DNA of 60,869 nt, the filler included, from Hausera hauseri (lineage: Eukaryota): NCBI GenBank assembly GCA_046269625.1. It is 12 parts of 12 records of this genome, joined end to end, with 100 filler letters (N's around TTAATTAATTAA, not from the genome) between each part and the next. Parts side by side here need not be neighbours in the genome. Positions count along the whole stretch, not along the records: positions 18,760 to 23,267 come from JBJURY010549230.1; positions 23,368 to 30,036 come from JBJURY010076771.1; positions 30,137 to 34,127 come from JBJURY010834859.1; positions 34,228 to 38,304 come from JBJURY010776758.1; 8 more parts are not named here. One strand, 5' to 3'. Within the stretch, counting starts at the first letter, position 1; every line of letters starts with the position of its first letter. Shown here piece after piece: positions 23,226-35,705 of the stretch. The notes beneath the pieces were generated by a model. It was not told where the DNA came from and did no database searches. It saw nothing but the letters and a program-made list of their open reading frames with translations. The translations under genes and the position numbers were made by a program.

Positions 23226-24239
23226 ATAAATTGATTTTTCTCTTGTGTTGAAGGACAGAAACTAATTNNNNNNNNNNNNNNNNNNNNNNNNNNNNNNNNN
23301 NNNNNNNNNNNTTAATTAATTAANNNNNNNNNNNNNNNNNNNNNNNNNNNNNNNNNNNNNNNNNNNNAAGAGGGGCAAACAGACAACAATGAATAACAGA
23401 AATGCAAACAAGACTATGTAATATTATTCCAACTGCCATTTTACAGACAAACCTGTCTTCAAATAAATGAAAACTTCAACACTCTACCTTATATTTACAC
23501 TACAGCTTACCAAATTAAATCAAGAGGGCAGTAAGCCTGCCACTCAACACTCAACAGCAGAAAGAGAAGTAAGATGGAAAATTTTAAAACACTAAGACAG
23601 AAAAACAGCAGCCACTCAAGGCAAACACGCATTACTGACATTCCTGTGCCTTATTATCGCCATGCCCCTTGGTACTTAAACAACACTGATCACCTTGGGA
23701 GCAAAGCTGCCTTCACTTCACACCTGAGCACATACATTGTTGGAATGCGCATGGCCTAGTCTGTAAGTTAAAAATAAGAGCGCATCAAATCTGCTACATA
23801 ATGATCAGATTTGGACCAAAGAAATTTGTTTACACATTTGCAATGTTACTCGTCGCGGGAGTGAAAGTTAAAATTGTGTAATTTTAGCCCTTCCTACAGC
23901 GTTTAATTTTTTATGATCTGCAATTTGACGATTCTTGCTCTTTCAGAAAGATCCTGAAGAAAGCAGTATCGGTCTTCGATTTATAAATTTTAATTTTATA
24001 TGAGTATGTTGTTAAAAGAAAATTTTACAAATATTGGTTTAATTTAAAATTATTTACACAATATTTGTTAAATAATCGCTGAGAAGCAATTTGAAATTTG
24101 TTTTAAAACAATTTGTTTAAATAATTGCGTTAAGATGACGAATCCAAATATTTTCTAATCAATTTGATAGAAAGATTAGTACGAATTCTAGGAGTTATTA
24201 GGTAAAATATTTAATGATAATTTTTACCTGTAATCAAAT

Positions 24240-26020
24240 TTTCAGACTTCTCGTAGATAAAGTACATTCATTGGCCTCGGTGGACTCCAGAGAGCTTAGA
24301 ACTTCATCATCCACAGATGTAGAAGTTGAGGACGCGGACATAAACATTACTGCCACAATTGTTCCAAAAAGAAGCAAATTGGAGCGTACTAGTCCCCATA
24401 CATTCCTGAGTCCAGAAGTTAATTCAGCTATGGATCGATTTAGTATGTCACACCGCAAAGCCATGGCTGTGATCGGACTTATGGCAAAGGCAACTGGACA
24501 GAGGTGACCCTCTCTACCAGCTCATTTCGACGTGTTGCTCAGCAGCTAGCTACTACTGAAGGCTTATCGCCAGAATTGCCCCTTCTGCCTGACATCGACC
24601 ACACCACCAAAACTGACCGCATTGCATTGATTGTGACAGGCAGTGGAAAGGAATGCTTGATTGGTGTTCCAAAAATCTCAAGTAGCACTGGAACAAATCA
24701 AGCAGAAGCCTGTTGTACAGCACTCAGGGAATGGAGCCTAGATCAGGTAAAGGGGCTAGTGTTCGACACAAAATCATCCAATACAGGTCTTTCTCAATGA
24801 GCCTATGTCAAAATTCAGCAGAGTTTGGGCAGGGATCTATTGTGGATTGCTTACAGTTACCATATGCAAGAAATCATTATTTCAGATGCATTCAAGCGCG
24901 TGTATGGTCCCTCAAAAGGGCCGAACATACTATTCTTCATTAAGTTCAAGATGGCATTAGATTGACCATGATGACCATGATGACTGGTGTTCCCCACTTG
25001 ACGATCCTGTTGTCAGAAAGATTCTCGTAGACAGGGTTCCTTGTGCATCTGAAAGAAAAGGCCGTGTCATACCTCGAGTCGGCAATCAAATCACATTACC
25101 ATACACGTGACGATTACAGAGCTGCTAGTCATTTCATATGCATTTTAGGAGCACAGCAAGAAGGAGGATTGCATATCAGATCGCCCGGCTCATTCCATCA
25201 GGCCAGGTGGATGGCAAAGACAATCTATGTCCTTAAGATCTTCCTTTTCCGAAATCAGATGCAGCTATCTCAAAGTGAAATGAAAGTTATAACAGACCTC
25301 AGACTCTTCGTCAGTCTCCTGTATTCTTTTACTGGAATGAGGCACGAATTGCTTCTCATACTACAAAAAACGATTTATACTTCATAAAGGAGCTGCAAAT
25401 TGGCCTAAGACATCTCTGGTATCTGTCAGAAGAACTGGTAGCATTGGCACTCTTTGACAGTCGCATCTGCCTAGAGAAAGAGCTACAGATGGTCAAGAAC
25501 TTAGACCTTCCAGAGCATAAAGATGACAGAAACTAAAAAGGCTAGACATGTTTTCACAGCAACATGCATTTCTGACTGTTACCAAACGAACAAGAAGTTT
25601 CTTTGACAGCATTCTTTCCGATGGACTACAAAGATTATTAACCTTTTTCGCAACACCACCAGCAACATCAGGAATTTATGGATGCTGTACAGGACATGAA
25701 CGTCGTTAATGATACTGCAAAACGGATAATTGCCCTTGTTACTGAATTTAACAGTTCACTGAAACAGTATCTTCTGAAGGTGGTTGCAAAGCACCGCAAA
25801 GATATGCCTTCAATTTCAAAATCAATTTTCATTTAAATTTATGGACGCTGTGCCATAATATCTACTATATGATATCTCTTATTCTGACAATAGTATTGTA
25901 AATGTTTCTGTTTCTGTACACTTTCTTCTCTGTAATACGCCTAACTACGCAGTAATAAATAATTACATCAAACATTTATTTCAGTTTTCCTACGTTAAAG
26001 TATTTAATTGGAACACCTAA
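24240..26020 (+). mobile_element. hAT-related (hATm-like) DNA transposon, decayed
   Basis: LVFDTKSSNTG, RDDYR, PGSFHQARWMAKTIYVLKIFLF, RHLWYLSEELVALALFD, VVNDTAKR..EFN; candidate right end ..GGAACACCTAA. The subgroup name is from recall. Confidence 0.7.
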
Positions 26021-26099
26021 ACTTTAATCTAGACTGCTGAAATTTCTTACATAAGTAATTCATAGTGAATGACACTAAACTGCGATGTGCCTCATACTA

Positions 26100-26500
26100 T
26101 TTTGAACCACACCTGATTTTCATTGAAGATGGTATAAATCAAGTGGTATATAAACAAATGTTAAATGATTCTGTTCTTCCGTGGGTAAATGCTACATTTA
26201 GTGCTAGTAACTGGATACAAACAAAAGTAATTGGAGTAACACAAAAATGGATTCAAGAACATTTCTCATCTATCATCACTCCTAAAGAATGACCACCTAA
26301 ACCCTATGGACTTTTCCATATGCAACGTTTTGCAGCAGAAAGCATGTTCAAAACGTCACAAAATTTTGAAGTCATTAAAAGAGTCACTTCTAAAACACAT
26401 TGAATGAAATTGACGAAAATACACTAAGAGTTACATCAGAGTTCTCAAAGCGCTCAAATGATTGCATTCAAGCAAACGGCGGTTATATTGAACAATTTTT
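26100..26500 (+). mobile_element. Tc1/mariner (maT/DD37D-like) transposase C-terminal fragment
   Basis: LIFIEDG, INQVVYKQML..VLPW, TQKWIQEHF, E*PP..NPMDFSI pattern. Confidence 0.65.
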
Positions 26501-26605
26501 TCTAAATATATTTGCATAAAATGTTTATCATTTAGCTTATTAAGATGCTATTTTACTTATATTTTTCAAAAGCTATTATTTCCTATTATCCTTTTTCAAA
26601 ACCGC

Positions 26606-27503
26606 TATTGGGTATTTGGATTTTGCTTAGCAAATGTTTTACAGAAAAGTTTATGGAGCTTCAAGTCGACAAAAATCAACATCTTCGACACCGTATTCTT
26701 GTCGAGTTCAATGACGGCTGAAATGACGCAAACGCGCTTCCAAACATTTATGCTGTCTACGGAAAACTTCAAATGACTATCAATAGATGGTATGCCCGCT
26801 TCCGAGATGGCGATTTCGAGCTGAGTGACGCTCCTCGATCTGGACGCCCAGTGAAATTCAACGAAGAGTGCAGAGTTGCCCTTCTCCGAGAAAACAACTG
26901 CCAAACGACTAGAGAATTGGCACAGTAGGTGGGATGTAACCAGAACACAATTGTTCGTCACCTACAATAAATTAGATAAATTCAAAAACACCGCCAAGCT
27001 GCCACTAAACATCGACCATTTCTCAGTTTGATTGTCGCCCGGGAGTTGCTTCCGATGAATAAGGATATCACAGCTGAGGCGTACAGTCAGCAACATAGGC
27101 GCCTGACAGAAAAACCCGTCAAGAAACGTTCGAATTGGCTATCAGATTGTCCTACAACACAGCACCCAACCCCATGTCGCAAACCTCAAAAATGGTCATC
27201 CAGGAGCTCTGCAAGGAGGTTCTTAAGCATCCGCCGTATTCTCCGGGCCCTGCTCCAGACTATTATCTTTTCCGTACTCTTCAGAATGCTCTCCGCGGAA
27301 TTAACTTCAATAATGATGCAGAATTGCAGAACTGAAATGCCGCCTTTTACCGACGTGGAATAGAGAAGCTGCCGAAACGCTGGGCGAAAGTAATCAACAA
27401 TGGAGGGGAATACGTAATTGATTGATTTTAATTGAATATTGTTGAGTAAAAAGAAAAAAATGTGCGTTCAAAACGGTAACAAAACTTATGCATCAACCCA
27501 ATA
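26606..27503 (+). mobile_element. mariner (DD34D) element, internally deleted
   Basis: RWYARFRDGDFELSDAPRSGRP, HPPYSPGPAPDYYLFRTLQN, GIEKLPKRWAKVINNGGEY. Right TIR AACTTATGCATCAACCCAA-TA; left TIR remnant TA-TTGGGT. Confidence 0.9.
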
Positions 27504-27505
27504 TA

Positions 27506-27790
27506 CAGGGTGGCCGAAAAGTATTTGCGCATCATTTGTGCAATCCAACTGTGAACACCAAAAAAATCCGCGGGATCATCAAGAAAAGAATAAGAAATGA
27601 CGGGACCTTAATCAATAAGATGACTAAAAATCTCGGAATCGCCCATTCCTCTGTTCAATCAATTGTTAAGAATGAACTAGGACTTCGGCGATACCACCTA
27701 CTCAAAGAACATTTGTTAACAAATGTGGTAAAAACAAATAGACTGAAGAAATATAAGACATGGCTCTAGATGTTCAAGGTGCGCCGTGTC
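27506..27790 (+). mobile_element. Tc1/mariner (maT-like) left end and N-terminal HTH fragment
   Basis: TA-CAGGGTG terminus; IKKRIRND..KMTKNLGIAHSSVQSIVKNELGLRRY. Confidence 0.65.
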
Positions 27791-28699
27791 GCTAGAAGAA
27801 AAGGTTTACATTACATCATAAGCTGTTGAGTTTAATTGTGAAGTGCGCACCTGTATAAAGAAAAGTAGAGACCAACTGTCGTTTGGGGGAATGTTTCGTT
27901 GCTTCCAATATTACGATTGAGAATTCGCCTCCTTTTGATTCGAAATAAAGCCAAGAACTTATGAATTCGTTATAAATTTCCGTGAAAAAAGATCTGCTCA
28001 AGGTATATTGAAATTTGAGCGACCGAATCGATCTGATAACAAAATATAAACAAAATATGAGCACAATTATGGTTTAAGTCAAACTCTGATCACGAGACAG
28101 GCTAAATTCGTCGAAAAAATTTTGCTGCACTTGTTCATTTTTAGATCTCGTGATTTTCATATTTACAGTTACTCATTACTCATATTTCTCACTAATTACA
28201 GATTTTAATATTTATAAATTATTGAAAGATGGTAATGTGAGCGATGTAGCAGTGTTGAATTCTTGCAACAAAGAGGCAAATTGAATCAATGTACTGTGGA
28301 TTGGTGATAATCGCAATACGGGTAATCTCAGCTGAATGGTGAGTTGAAAATTCTTTGATAATGGAACTGGAATTTTAATGATGAAAGGAATTTGAAAATA
28401 TATTTTCTTGATATTCTGTTTGTGATTCGGTTTTCCGACCGATTCATTTGACCTTCATTTTGAACTACATTGAAATTTTATTATGTTGTCCTGGCCTATA
28501 ACATTTCCCATTGAAATTTGATTACTCAAACGCCAGCCACAAAATATCGGATGACGGAAAAACTCAGTCCGCATCGGCTTGGTGGCTCTTGAACAATTGC
28601 CATTTTGAGGAAAAATTGGGCTGTCAGCGACTGCGACACTACACCCACAATCTCCTAGAACAGTACCTAATTAGAATATGTTGCTCGAAACAAGTGATT

Positions 28700-28890
28700 T
28701 AGTCAAAAACAGACGAAGTGGTAGACCGGTATCTGCAATGAGGATGAAAATAAGCAATTTATTATCGATGCTGTGACTGAAAATCCTTCAACCTCTACGG
28801 AGCTATTATACAATACGTAGGAGTATCTGATTTCACTGTTCAAAAAATCCTGAAATATAACAAATGCCATCCCTATAAACATCTTTAAAA
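28700..28890 (+). mobile_element. Tc1/mariner (rosa/DD41D-like) transposase fragment
   Basis: RSGRPVSA, AVTENPSTS, VGVSDFTVQKILKYNKCHPYK. Confidence 0.55.
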
Positions 28891-30374
28891 CCAATTCATC
28901 CGCGATGGTGAGTAATGGTGAGTAACTGTCAACCAGTAATGTTGAGATTGATTAATTAACGTTAACAGAAAATACATCCTTCTGAAGTAACATTATTAAC
29001 ATTAAACTAATTCGAAACAATTTCGATTTGAATAATTTTGATCCGAATATGATTTTAATTTGTACATTGAACAATTATGATTCGAATATGGTTTTGATTT
29101 GTACACCGAAATAAATTTCTTTTACTTTCTCTTGAAATTTTGTGAAACCCGTTGATGGGTGTCCATATTCCAACTGATAGATGTATATAAAAATGTAACC
29201 CAAGAAAACCCAACTAATAATAAGAGATGATCAGTGTAGAGATTTTTGAATTAAAATGGTGAAACAGCTAATGATAAATTTAAAAAAATAATAAGTCTCG
29301 TAGATCGAATTGTACGGAATTAATACCACAATTATCTAATCCAGAGAGTCAAATATCACTACAGCATCAAGCATAAATCGGCTTAGTATTAAAATCGAAA
29401 GTAATGAGAATTTAATTTCATAATGGCGTCGCTGAATTTAGAAATGCCATTACTGAATTAATGACTACAATTACCAAAAATCAAAATCATTATAATATCA
29501 AATGAAAATCAGATTAGTACTAGGGTAAAGGATTATAAGAGTTAAATTTCAAAATGTTGCCACCAGATTTGGAAATCCCATTATCGAGATTTAGAAATTC
29601 CATTATCGGATTTATGTTAAACCGGTAACTGGCTGGTATAAATACCAGCCCAAATGGCACATTAAACAACAACATTACAACAGAATAATATTTTAACATT
29701 TTAACGTTTCAGCAATTCGACACTTCTAGTTCGAGTAAATTTGAAGACGCGAAATCAAACCAGATATTACTGGTATACACTCAACGTATGTTTAGTTAAT
29801 TTAATATTGTATAGACTATATATACGCAATATATACGAAGGACAATACCAACTGTTGGTTCAATAACTATACACAATTACTACGAGTTCAGAAACAACCT
29901 TTATAAAGAAAAATTGCATTTCGATAATAAAGATTCAAAACAGGATAATGGCTACATCAAGAAATGAAAATCATAGAAACTCCGACGAAGTAGATGGTAA
30001 ATTATTTAGCTGTTTATCCATTATACTGATCATTTCNNNNNNNNNNNNNNNNNNNNNNNNNNNNNNNNNNNNNNNNNNNNTTAATTAATTAANNNNNNNN
30101 NNNNNNNNNNNNNNNNNNNNNNNNNNNNNNNNNNNNGCCTGAGAGTTCAGCTCAGTGTCCGACTGTTGTCAAATAACTTCGAACTTACCAGAAGGAAAAG
30201 TTCACTCAGTTCAAAATACGACCGAGTTATCTATTTTCCCTTTTTTCTTTCTTTTTCCCGTCTCCAACTTCTTTTCCTACCACAAAATATCCTCTGCCCA
30301 GCAGATAAGAGCCTACTGCTTATATAGCTAAAATGACTCGCATTGGACACCATATATCATTACGAAGATTTTAT

Positions 30375-30755
30375 CCATGTTTACACAGAAGGGCCAGCCT
30401 TTAAGGCAAAAGTTAATACAGGATGATGGAGTTGTAATCATTCCATCAGACACATAAGAATTCATTAAATTATTAGGCCCTTGTGGTACATGGTGCACAA
30501 ATTATGAAGCAGATGTGGCCGCCATTCATAAAGCTCTGGCAAAAATCTTCGAGCAGTTTGAATCCAATGGAATGGAACCAATTGATATTGTGGTCTTCTC
30601 AGATCCACAGGCAGCTAAACAGTAATAAAAAAAATTGGCACAAGAAATATGCCACACAATTATAAGCCTCTATGGTGTGGATGTGTGTATGCACTGGATA
30701 CCAGGTCACACAAACATCACCTTTAATGAGAAAGCCGATAGACTTGCAAAGAGAT
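30375..30755 (+). mobile_element. Non-LTR retrotransposon RNase H fragment
   Basis: HVYTEG, TNYEADVAAI, IVVFSD, HWIPGHTNITFNEKADRLAK. Confidence 0.8.
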
Positions 30756-30870
30756 GGTAGTTTATTGTATTGGTTACAGTGTTCTGCCATTCGATATTCT
30801 TTATTCTGCAAAAACACTTGAGATTTAAAGCTACTAAGCCTTTTTTTCCTTGGCCTTATTAATAAAATAT

Positions 30871-31030
30871 GGGATCCTCTGTGGCTCAGTGGATAGGATT
30901 GTCGTATCGTGATCCAAATGTAGATGGGTTCGAAACGACGCAGGATCCAACGCCCGATTGACTGGCCATCAGTAGGTGGCTACTGAAACGTTGGCGGCTA
31001 CTGGTGACACACGACAAGTTTGTACGGGGC
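30871..31030 (+). mobile_element. tRNA-derived SINE 5' region
   Basis: A box TGGCTCAGTGG (30882-30892) and B box GGTTCGAAAC (30927-30936); GGATCCT/AGGATCC closing stem. Confidence 0.6.
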
Positions 31031-31611
31031 AAGTTATTATTAACTTGTATTAATATAATCTACAATGATTTTAGCAGTTTGTGCCTCGGTAATGAAAGTA
31101 TTATAAGCACGGGACCCATTTTAAAGACTCCAACGTTTCATTTGCTATCAATAGAAGCACAGTATATCGCTTGTGTCATAGAATGCGTGCAGTTAGCTAG
31201 TGTTGAAATCATATAGGATACTGAAAACGACTATATTCGAGTTCACATACTAGCGTGCTATTATTCATTTTCTCCGCTAATTTGTATTCGTCGCTGATTA
31301 AGCGATGCGGAATGTGTCATGGACGTGAAATATTTGCTACAACTTATTAAAATAAAATTGCGCAACTATTGTGTGAACTAAATGAAACGGCCTTGGCCAC
31401 GCATCATGCACCAGCTGTCTCCAGTTCAAAATTTTCTTAAGCTTATATATTGATAAAATATATTATCCTTCAGAAGGGCTGTGATGAGGGCGACGTTCTG
31501 CAAACGACCGGCCACATGATGAATGAATTTATATATATATATTGTGTGTGGTTGTGTGTGTGTGTGTTTTTTATAGGTGAATAACAAAGGGTGGTGACGA
31601 GTTATGTCTAA

Positions 31612-32041
31612 ATATTACCAATGTGTGCCGTGCCGTATAATGATTTTATTATTAGAGACTTTAGTGATCAAGACTTTCCGACACTTCATGTTGGCGGGGT
31701 GGGCGTTATGTAACTATTCATAATGGTGGGTATTAATCATCTATTAGTAACGAAGACCTCTCGACACCTCCGTGGCTAGATCTATTGTTTCCCAAGATTT
31801 GAGGGCTAGTCCTTCTTCGGGTTGGTAAGTGTCTTGGTGGTTGCGAACTTAGTGCTTGTGGCGTGTTATGTGTATGTATCATCATCGTATGCCCTGCCAT
31901 GTTTTTGTTAGGGATATTAGATATTACCAACATGTGCCGTGTCGTATAATGGTTTTATTATTAGAGATTTTAGTGATCAGGACCTTCCGACACCTACATG
32001 TAGTCGGGGTGGGCGTTATTTAACTTTTCATAATGATGGGT
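31612..32041. repeat. Diverged direct repeat, about 120-bp core with 309-bp spacing
   Basis: ATATTACCAA..TGTGCCGTG..TTATTATTAGAGA..CGGGGTGGGCGTTAT..TCATAATG begins at 31612 and at 31921. Confidence 0.85.
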
Positions 32042-32341
32042 CTCTCTGATCATCATCAGAATCATCTATGAGTCATGGTGTAGGTATTAATAGTCTATTA
32101 GTGACCATAACCTTCCGATATCTCTATAACTAGGTCGGTTGTGTCCCATGATGGATGGTTGGTAAGTGTCTTGGTGGTTATTCGGGGTGTAGATATAGGG
32201 GGAAGATAACAATTATCATCATGATGTAAGGGGAGGTGGGTTTCATGTGTATAGGTGAGTCTTGCTAGAGGTGGTTATTCAGGATGTTGATATGTCACAC
32301 ATGGGAAGATAGTAGTCATCAGGGGCCGTTTGAGTCTGGTT

Positions 32342-32720
32342 GAGCATTATCATATGTCTTGGTAGAGAAGGTTTAATACTTGTGTTGATATGGAAAATCT
32401 TTAGGTGGAAGATAGCAGTCATCATCATTATGCGCCCTACCTAAGAGTGTTGGCTTGCCATCAGCTTTTGGAAGGGCCACTTTTGGGGCTGCTGTTCTGC
32501 TCGAGGGCCATTTAAGGATTCCAGAGGAGCATCAGCATGTCTTGGTAGAGGTGTTGAATATTCAGTTGTAGATACAGAAAGCATTTACATGGAATATAGC
32601 AGTCATCATCATTAAGTGCCCTGCCTAAGAGTGTTGGGTTGTCATCAGCTGTTGGAGGCCTCGTTTTGGGGCTGCAGCCCTGCTCGAGGGTCGTTTCTGG
32701 TGTCTGGGGGAGCATCATCG
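32342..32720. repeat. Diverged tandem repeat, about 183-bp period, 2+ copies
   Basis: ATGTCTTGGTAGAG at 32354 and 32537, each followed by ATAGCAGTCATCATCATTA..CCTAAGAGTGTTGG..TGCTCGAGGG. Confidence 0.85.
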
Positions 32721-33043
32721 ACTGTGGTTGAGTCTGGGAGCTGAGTGTTAGCAGTGTCGGCAATTTATTTCTTGGCTAGCGGGCAGGTGACCATTGCGGG
32801 TGGGGCGGAAAAGACATCTATATTCGGAAGGGGCAGCCAATTGCCGTGGGTTCTGCTTCAGATGTAGCTATTTGTCATCATCATCACATGACTGCCTAAT
32901 AGTAGGTGATGGGCGTTGTTTCCCAAGATAACAGTAAGATAGGTTCGAGGGCGTCTATTGTCTGATAAAGTATATTTTTTTATTCTTCTTCTGGTATAGG
33001 TATTAGTGACTATCAGCGTGTAACCAGGCAACTTTTTACACTG

Positions 33044-33365
33044 GCAATTTGTCAAATCGACAACTTTTCATTTTTCAACTTTTAATTTCGACAACTTTTT
33101 ATGTTGGCAATATTTCATGTTGGTAACATTTCATGTTGGCAATTTTTCATGTTGGTAACTTTTCATATTGGAAACTATTCATCTTCTCAATTTTTCATGA
33201 TGATAATTTTTCATATCGGCAGCTTTTCATATCGGCAACTTTTCATGTCGGCAACTTTTCACATCGACACCTTTTCATGTTAGCAACTTTTCATGTCAAC
33301 AGCTTGTCATATTGGCAACTTTAGCATGGTGACAAATTTTCACATTGGCAACTTTTCACGTCGAC
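33044..33365. repeat. 16-bp minisatellite (consensus GCAACTTTTCATGTTG), about 20 diverged copies
   Basis: Direct reading of head-to-tail units with no spacers. Confidence 0.92.
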
Positions 33366-33404
33366 ATGTTTATGCAGGTTTTGTTTTATCTAACAGAAGG
33401 CAAA

Positions 33405-33860
33405 GAAATACGTATACTGAGTATGGTCGAATTTTCATAATGGTTGCAAATATGCGTCGCCAAATTGAATCTGCACACGGGAAAATACTGCAACCATATC
33501 AAATTTGTGGCCGAATGTATGGCGATCGGACAAATTGCAGGCACATATGAAAATTGATCATCAAGCCTCTTTCAAGTCGTCTGAAGAGAAACCTGCTAGT
33601 TTGGTTGATGTCGAGAATCAAAAACTAGATAAAGAGGAGAGACCCGGACCCTCAGCTGACTGTAAGCAGCAGAAACATACTGACGAACTTGAAACTCTTA
33701 ATACATTAACAGAAGGAGTATATAAATTGTATAAAAATAACTGGGCATCTATTCAAACATATTCCACTATAAATAAACGCATATCAACATACACTTATTT
33801 TTATCGCCCCGACACTATACATCGATTGAACTGGATTTATCTTTTAGACTTTAAAAGTCA
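33405..33860 (+). pseudogene. C2H2 zinc-finger protein fragment, probably transposon/Polinton-derived
   Basis: Decayed fingers TEYGRIF..NMRRQIESAH and QICGRMY/RSDKLQAHMKIDH, followed by LYKNNWASIQT..YTYFY. Confidence 0.5.
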
Positions 33861-34047
33861 GGTCCAGTTCAAAAACATCACAACCTAACCCTCACCATTC
33901 AAGCATTACACATAGATGCCGTGTATGCTTTGTATACATTTTTTAGCTGCGTTTTCTCGAATGCATACAAGTTGTAATAAAGAATGTAATATTTTTGGTT
34001 GTGCATAATAAAAATGTTCTATTTTCCTAATGACCTATGTTGTGAAT

Positions 34048-34050
<3 letters not shown>

Positions 34051-34114
<64 letters not shown>
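34051..34114. repeat. (CT)n microsatellite
   Basis: Perfect CT run near the contig end. Confidence 0.98.
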
Positions 34115-34118
<4 letters not shown>

Positions 34119-34227
34119 ATATATGTANNNNNNNNNNNNNNNNNNNNNNNNNNNNNNNNNNNNNNNNNNNNTTAATTAATTAANNNNNNNNNNNNNNNNN
34201 NNNNNNNNNNNNNNNNNNNNNNNNNNN

Positions 34228-35371
34228 TTCAAAAGCGGAATGGTTTTCAGTTTTATCGGCATCCAACAATCATCAAAGTCAAATTTGGTAAATACTGCCG
34301 ATACTGATTTGTATGATTTGCATTATGTCTGTCCACTTGGTCACATTTCAATACGGCCAAAATACTGTAAATAAAACAATATTCGTCGTCAGTATTTTGT
34401 ACATTCACTACCGCATAAGAATGCTTTAGAGCAGCAGGTGACGGTATGAATGAACGTCCGGATAAGTAAATTATATCACTCGACTTTGTTACAATAAAGT
34501 CAATAGTGACAATTTTTATAATTCCTCATCCACTATCCTTTTCGGTATAGTTGGTGATTTTTTCGTAGAGCTTTTCGCCTACAGCGGCAATAAAATCCTT
34601 GGAATACTGTACAGTTCGATGTGACAGATACCATTGTTTCTTGTAGCCTTGTACGTTTTTAAATTCTGCAAGTGCATAATACTGCACTTTGCAGTGGTAT
34701 TGTTGGAATTTCTTCACTTCTGATTCCAACCGATTGCGCACATTGGACGGTACATGCTTTAATTGCATTGTTGATTGCTGCGATATGTCGACTTTAATTT
34801 CCATATATGATCTGTTTAGATAGTACTTGACAGTAATATCAGGTTCCTGCTGCTGCTTTGTACGTATGCGTCAAGACTTGTTGATGTTTGACGTTTCCTG
34901 CTTGTTGAAGGAATGTTGCTGCTGTTTTCTGCGTCCATCACTGTTTGCTTTTGGGTGTTCAAGTTGGTCCAAATGGTCCTTGTGTTGGTTATAAAATTGT
35001 TCGTAGTTGACTTGTATCTCCACTATAGAACAACCGAGACAAACACATGCCTGTTTACCACGCAGCGTTATGGTGCCATAGTATTGCTCCATTGCAGTAT
35101 GGCATCAAACAGCATTATGCACTTTACTATTACAGTACCTTGGGTACACGGGGCAATGCACAGTCATCATCTTTTTAGACCGTTCAAACGGACCAAGATG
35201 ATGCTTGTGTATTTCATAAAAGTCGGGGTACAGATACTGTATTGGAATATTACATGCCGGACACAAATATGTGTCCCAGCCCACTGAGTAATATTTCGCC
35301 ATCTCTTGATGGCATTGATTTGCCTCATGTCTGTGCGAAACGCAATATATTGGATATTCATAGCATTTCAT
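34228..35371 (-). pseudogene. polB: Polinton pPolB N-terminal region with two Cys/His repeats
   Basis: YTEKDSG*..GRSFIPSPAALKHSYAVVNVQNTDDEYCFIYSILA matches the GSSYI.LP..INV.N.D..CF block at about 5150-5250. Confidence 0.75.
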
Positions 35372-35456
35372 AATAAATTAACATTTGTTATATATATTAA
35401 ATTTATAAGTAAAATAAATTAAAATACAAATAAATTAACATAACTTATTCCCTTCA

Positions 35457-35705
35457 TTGTTAGACTACGACATGTTTAATTTACGCAGCTATAAACATTT
35501 CAACACTATTAAACATCAAATGAAACAGTACATTGAAAGTGAGATTCAAAGATTTGCCGATGACATAATGACGGGACGTGTTCGATGCTCAGTTTTTTCT
35601 GAGCTCATAGAAACCAGAATATTGAGCAGGCGAGAATATACTGAATTAATAGTCAGATCTCTCTTCTTAAAACGCATCGAGGATGAAATGAGACGAAAAC
35701 GGTAA
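35457..35705 (+). CDS. Hypothetical small protein (possible Polinton accessory gene)
   Basis: Open 82-codon ORF divergent from the polB 5' end across an AT-rich gap. Confidence 0.3.
   Translation: MLDYDMFNLRSYKHFNTIKHQMKQYIESEIQRFADDIMTGRVRCSVFSELIETRILSRREYTELIVRSLFLKRIEDEMRRKR

Noticed and set aside
30871-31005. Functional tRNA gene or HDV-like ribozyme
   Set aside because: A and B boxes are present but there is no proper cloverleaf, and P2/P3 of an HDV fold could not be built; a SINE head is simpler.
33044-33365. CRISPR-like array
   Set aside because: 16-bp units are head-to-tail with no unique spacers, there are no cas genes, and the context is eukaryotic.
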